Positions 59,971 to 64,000 of a DNA stretch of 64,000 bases are shown piece by piece. A model generated the notes under the pieces. It saw only the letters and a program-made list of their open reading frames with translations. It was not told the DNA's origin and searched no databases. Numbering within the stretch: the stretch's first letter is position 1; every line of letters starts with the position of its first letter. This DNA comes from the human T2T-CHM13v2.0 reference genome, Homo sapiens, in the NCBI RefSeq assembly GCF_009914755.1, contig NC_060928.1. One strand, given 5' to 3'. A program made the position numbers and the translations under genes.

Positions 59971-60126
59971 GATCCAGTCCAACTTTCTACCTGAAATTTC
60001 AATCCCAGCTTATGTGGTTCCTAATATTTATGTTCATTAAAATCGCCTGGTGCATTGTTTCTGTTTTTATATTGAGTCCAGTGCTTCTTCCCCAGACATA
60101 ACTGAATTAGAAGAACCTCTAGGGGC

Positions 60127-60636
60127 TGTGATGGTTAATTTTATGTCAACTTAACTAGGTTAAAGGATACCCAGTTAGCTGGTAAAACAGTATTTCTAGG
60201 TGTGTCTGCAAGGGTGTTTCTTGAAGAGATTACATTTGCATTGGTAGACTGAGTAAAGATCACCCTCACCAATGCAGTGGGCATCATCCAACCCATGGAG
60301 GGTCCAAATAGAAGAAAATGGCAGAGGAAGGACAGATTTGCTCTCTTTTCTTCAGTGAAGACATCATCCATCTACTCCTGCCCTGTGACATCAAAGCCCC
60401 TGGTTTTTGGGCCTTCAGACTCAGACCAGGACCTACATCACTGGCTCCCCTGGCTCTCAGGTTTCGGGGCTCGGACTGGAACTATACCACAGGCTTTCCT
60501 GGGTCCAGCTTGCAGACAAAAGGTTGTGGGATTTCTCAGCTTCCATCATTGAGTGAGCTAATCCCTCATAATACATCTCTTTTGTGTATATCTCTATGCA
60601 TCCTACTGGTTTTGTTTCTCTGAAGACCCTAATACA
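60127..60636 (+). mobile_element. MLT2 (ERVL) solo LTR
   Basis: tgtgatggttaattttatgtcaactt...ccctaataca termini, flanked by gggg(c/t). Confidence 0.92.
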
Positions 60637-61319
60637 GGGGTTTGTAATCTGTTTTTGTTTTATTTTGTTTCATTCTGTTGCGGGGCTGGGGGTGGTGTTT
60701 GCCTGTTTATTAGTGTGCCCCAGATAATACTGAATCCCAGGCTGGCTTGGAAGCAGCCCTCAGCCTCACTTTCCCTAACACAATTTAGACCATCTCTGCT
60801 TGGACACCTCCAAGCCAAGAGCTCAATCACTCCCCACAACGTAATTACAAACATTTTGTTTTCTCTACCTAGAAAAACTCAAATTTCTCCACTCTCCTTT
60901 TGCATACAAACAAACCTAATCTATGAAACAAGTACATAATTTTTTTTCCTACAATCAATGTATTGACAGTGAGTTGGAATAAAGTTTTTGTGTTGTGACA
61001 ACATTCTCTTCAGGGCAAGATGGGAGGAATGGAAAGGGGAAAAGGAAAATCTAGTCAAAACCTGTTATTTGGCAATGTGCATGAAAAACAATTAGTTGAC
61101 TGGCGAAGTTTGTAATGCTAACTAATAAATCCATCAGAAACAGCTATTTACAAAAAAATACAGCATTACACATTTTGAATACTATAAAACAGCTATTTAG
61201 GAATCTCTTTGAAGAAAAACATTTCATTAAATGAACATATTTCTTATCTAAATTGATGTTTTGAACCTCCCTAATATTCTGAGAGATCACTAGAAACTTA
61301 CCAGACTGAATTTTTACTT

Positions 61320-61520
61320 TTATTTCAGCAAATATATATTGAAGACTTTCTATGTTCAGGCAGCCTTCTTGACACTGGGGATGCAGCAGTAAACAAGATT
61401 GTCCAAAAACTCTACCCTGCTGCAACCTCCATTTGGGATGGGATTGGAAGGAAATAACCTATAACAAAATAAACACATATAATAAAATATCTGGCAAAAA
61501 TGAAGCAATGAGGAAAATAA
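61320..61520 (-). mobile_element. L2 3' fragment
   Basis: ttcagcaaatatatattgaagactttctatgttcaggca...gacactggggatgcagcagtaaacaaga. Confidence 0.7.
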
Positions 61521-62759
61521 ATCAGGATAAGCAGATAGAGAATGACTGGAAGACTTTTACGGAACACAGCATCCAGCACATCACTATTAACTGGCATTGA
61601 TTAGTATGATTTATGGATGTGCATCATTTTCTTTCACATATGATGTTAATGATTCTGGCAATTCTGCTTTCCTCATTTATGGATGTAGCTTTTAAAGAAA
61701 CTGCAACCTGCTCCAAACAGAGAGTTTCACTGGTCAAACCCAGCTTTCTGACTGCACATACCAAGGCAGGGCCTGTCACTGTTGCTGATTTTCCTAGCCT
61801 CACAGGCTGCTCAATACCTTGAATCAAAATGAGCCACCCCGTCACATGCCATGTGCCATGTCAGCTCACTGACAACACCCCTCATTCATCACTAATGGCA
61901 GCCCCTGGGTGTCATGTCAACATTTCCGGATGGGCTTCTCGGTGAATGCCTCTGTGGAGGTTTTTTTCACCCATCTTATCACCAAGCAGCTGCTCCAGAG
62001 TCCTGAGCATCCATCCTCAGCCAGTGTGCAACCAGGCAAAGAGGCACACATGGCACTGTTTGCACACTGGCTGCTTTCCAGGGCAGCTGGTAAAGGCTAG
62101 TGTGGTGCTGTGTTGCTATGTATTTATACAGTGATAATCACCTTTGAGGCATGGCTACAGGCTGATCAAACGGTATGTCCAAACTAAACCTGGATACATT
62201 CACTACGTCTCTATCTCTTTTTGAAGAGAGAAGCAGGAAAAAGTGAGGCACAAAGAGATGATAGAAATACTAGCTTACAAAAACAGAATTAGCAAGCTTA
62301 AAATGTCTTGTATCGCCTATTGTGGTGCTGACAAACATGGTGATCCTAAGAGGCCTGGCCAAATATGCCACATACTTTAACTGAGTTACATATACACATC
62401 ACATCTTTTATGTTTATAGATTGTTTAGATTGAAAGCCCTTTTATAGACATTGTATCATAGTATGTTCACTTGGTTTTCATTGAAAATATTTTTGACTGC
62501 ATCATAAAAATAAAAATTTAATAAAATAACATTTTAAAATCTGTTGTTTAGAAAATTTGACTCTATTACCCAGAGACAGACTATGTCTACAGTTAACTCA
62601 AAATTATCTGTGTCCACAGACAGAAACAATGGAATATATTGTAGATAATCTAAAATCCAGTTATACCATACTGTACCACGGAATTCAATTAACTGTATAA
62701 GGGATGTATCAAATGTTTTGTTTCACCCATTTCACAACAAATTCTTTCTTCTCCACTAG

Positions 62760-62990
62760 TTACTGCTGCCCTGACCTCATCTTGAAACTCCCCTGAATTT
62801 TCTGTCTACTTCATGCATGACTCCTTTTCTTGCTCCCTTTCTCTAAAGACAAATATGTCCTAAGGTTCAAGATACGTGTTTGGTCCTTATTTGTATCTAC
62901 TCTCTTCCCCAAGATCTCATCTGCCTTCACAACTTCAACTTTCTTCTCTTTGTGGATGATTAATAAACCTTTATCTTCTACCTGTAAATA
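62760..62990 (+). mobile_element. L2 fragment
   Basis: tatctactctcttccccaagatctcatctgccttcacaacttcaact...gtggatgat. Confidence 0.6.
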
Positions 62991-63009
62991 GATTCTATGT
63001 GGAATGCTC

Positions 63010-64000
63010 CATAAAAGGTATAAAAACAACTGACCATTTGGAAAAAAAAAAAAGTAAATGCAGATTCTATCTTCACATTATGTACAAAATTGAATTGTGC
63101 GTGGATTACAGAAAAAAAGTCTTAAAAAGTTTTTCTACAAAAGTACAACACAATCATAAAGTGTGGAGATAGACAGATGATAGACAAACTGAACTGCTTT
63201 GATAATATCTTCTGAGATATGCCAAAGGGATAGGTTTATTCAGGAAAATCAGAGACACAAATCAGCACATCACACATGCATGTTCAGGGACTGATGGAAA
63301 TATAATGTCAATGAAACACATTAGTTGCAACTTTATAATGCATTGAACTATGTGGCACTAAAGAGTGACAACACATTGAACATATCATGCAATGTCATGA
63401 AACATCCATTATAATACAATATCAATAATCCATTTATTATGCATATTTACCTGTGTTTCCAGACTTTCTGATAACCTTGTTTAAGGATAAAGTATATGAT
63501 TATTTTACTTAAAACCATAGGAAGAGGGAAACATTTCTACATACATCATAAAACTCAAAAGCCATAAAGTAAATATTTTAAATGCATTTTATAAGGCCCC
63601 AAAGAATGCAAACTGATAACAGATTATCTTTAGTGAGTGGAAAATTTATATTTATTCTAAAAATGTCTTAGTTATTTTATTTTTTAGTAATGAGAATATT
63701 ATCACAGTTTATTTGTATAAATTTTAAAACTATAGACATAAAAAGTACTATACAGTACTCAGCTAAGTCACTACTAATCAATATTCTTATTGGAATAAAT
63801 TTATCTGTCAAAACACTTTTTAATATTGCTGATAAAAACACAAAATATGACTTTTCTATAATGTTTTCAACTAAGGAAGAGTAAACATATAGAGAAGAAT
63901 AAATTTATCTCTCCAAGTTATTCAGAAAGACAACCAATTCCAGAAATCTATTAGAAATGATAGAAAAAAATACAGCTCTCTTGATTGGAAATGTCAGAAA
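63010..64000 (+). mobile_element. Ancient L1 ORF2 fragments
   Basis: gattctatcttcacattatgtacaaaattgaatt; aaaactcaaaagccataaag; tattcttattggaataaatttatc. Confidence 0.5.

Noticed and set aside
61290-61330. Strong minus-strand donor CTG|gtaagt
   Set aside because: Upstream sequence is L2-derived, with no acceptor or coding signal; cannot be linked to the fossil gene.

Overview
AT-rich, repeat-dense primate (hominoid) genomic DNA with no intact protein-coding gene that I can support. Most of it is a layered TE landscape: old L1M, L2, MIR, hAT-Charlie, MER5/MER58, MaLR LTRs, a complete MST provirus and an LTR12C nested in a near-full-length L1PA, several Alus, and two young 5'-inverted L1 insertions with clear target-site duplications. 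The two young L1s share ORF2 residues that differ from the human L1 consensus as I recall it, which suggests a non-human ape. The main finding lies in the non-repeat islands. On the minus strand they hold about 20 AG..GT-bounded candidate exons (54475 to 1611), many phase-compatible with their neighbours. Their translations repeatedly resemble RGS (regulator of G-protein signalling) domain segments but carry stops and frameshifts. I interpret this as a decayed, intron-containing, multi-RGS-domain gene and candidate unitary pseudogene. All calls come from manual reading and translation; no database search was run, and subfamily names and boundaries are approximate.
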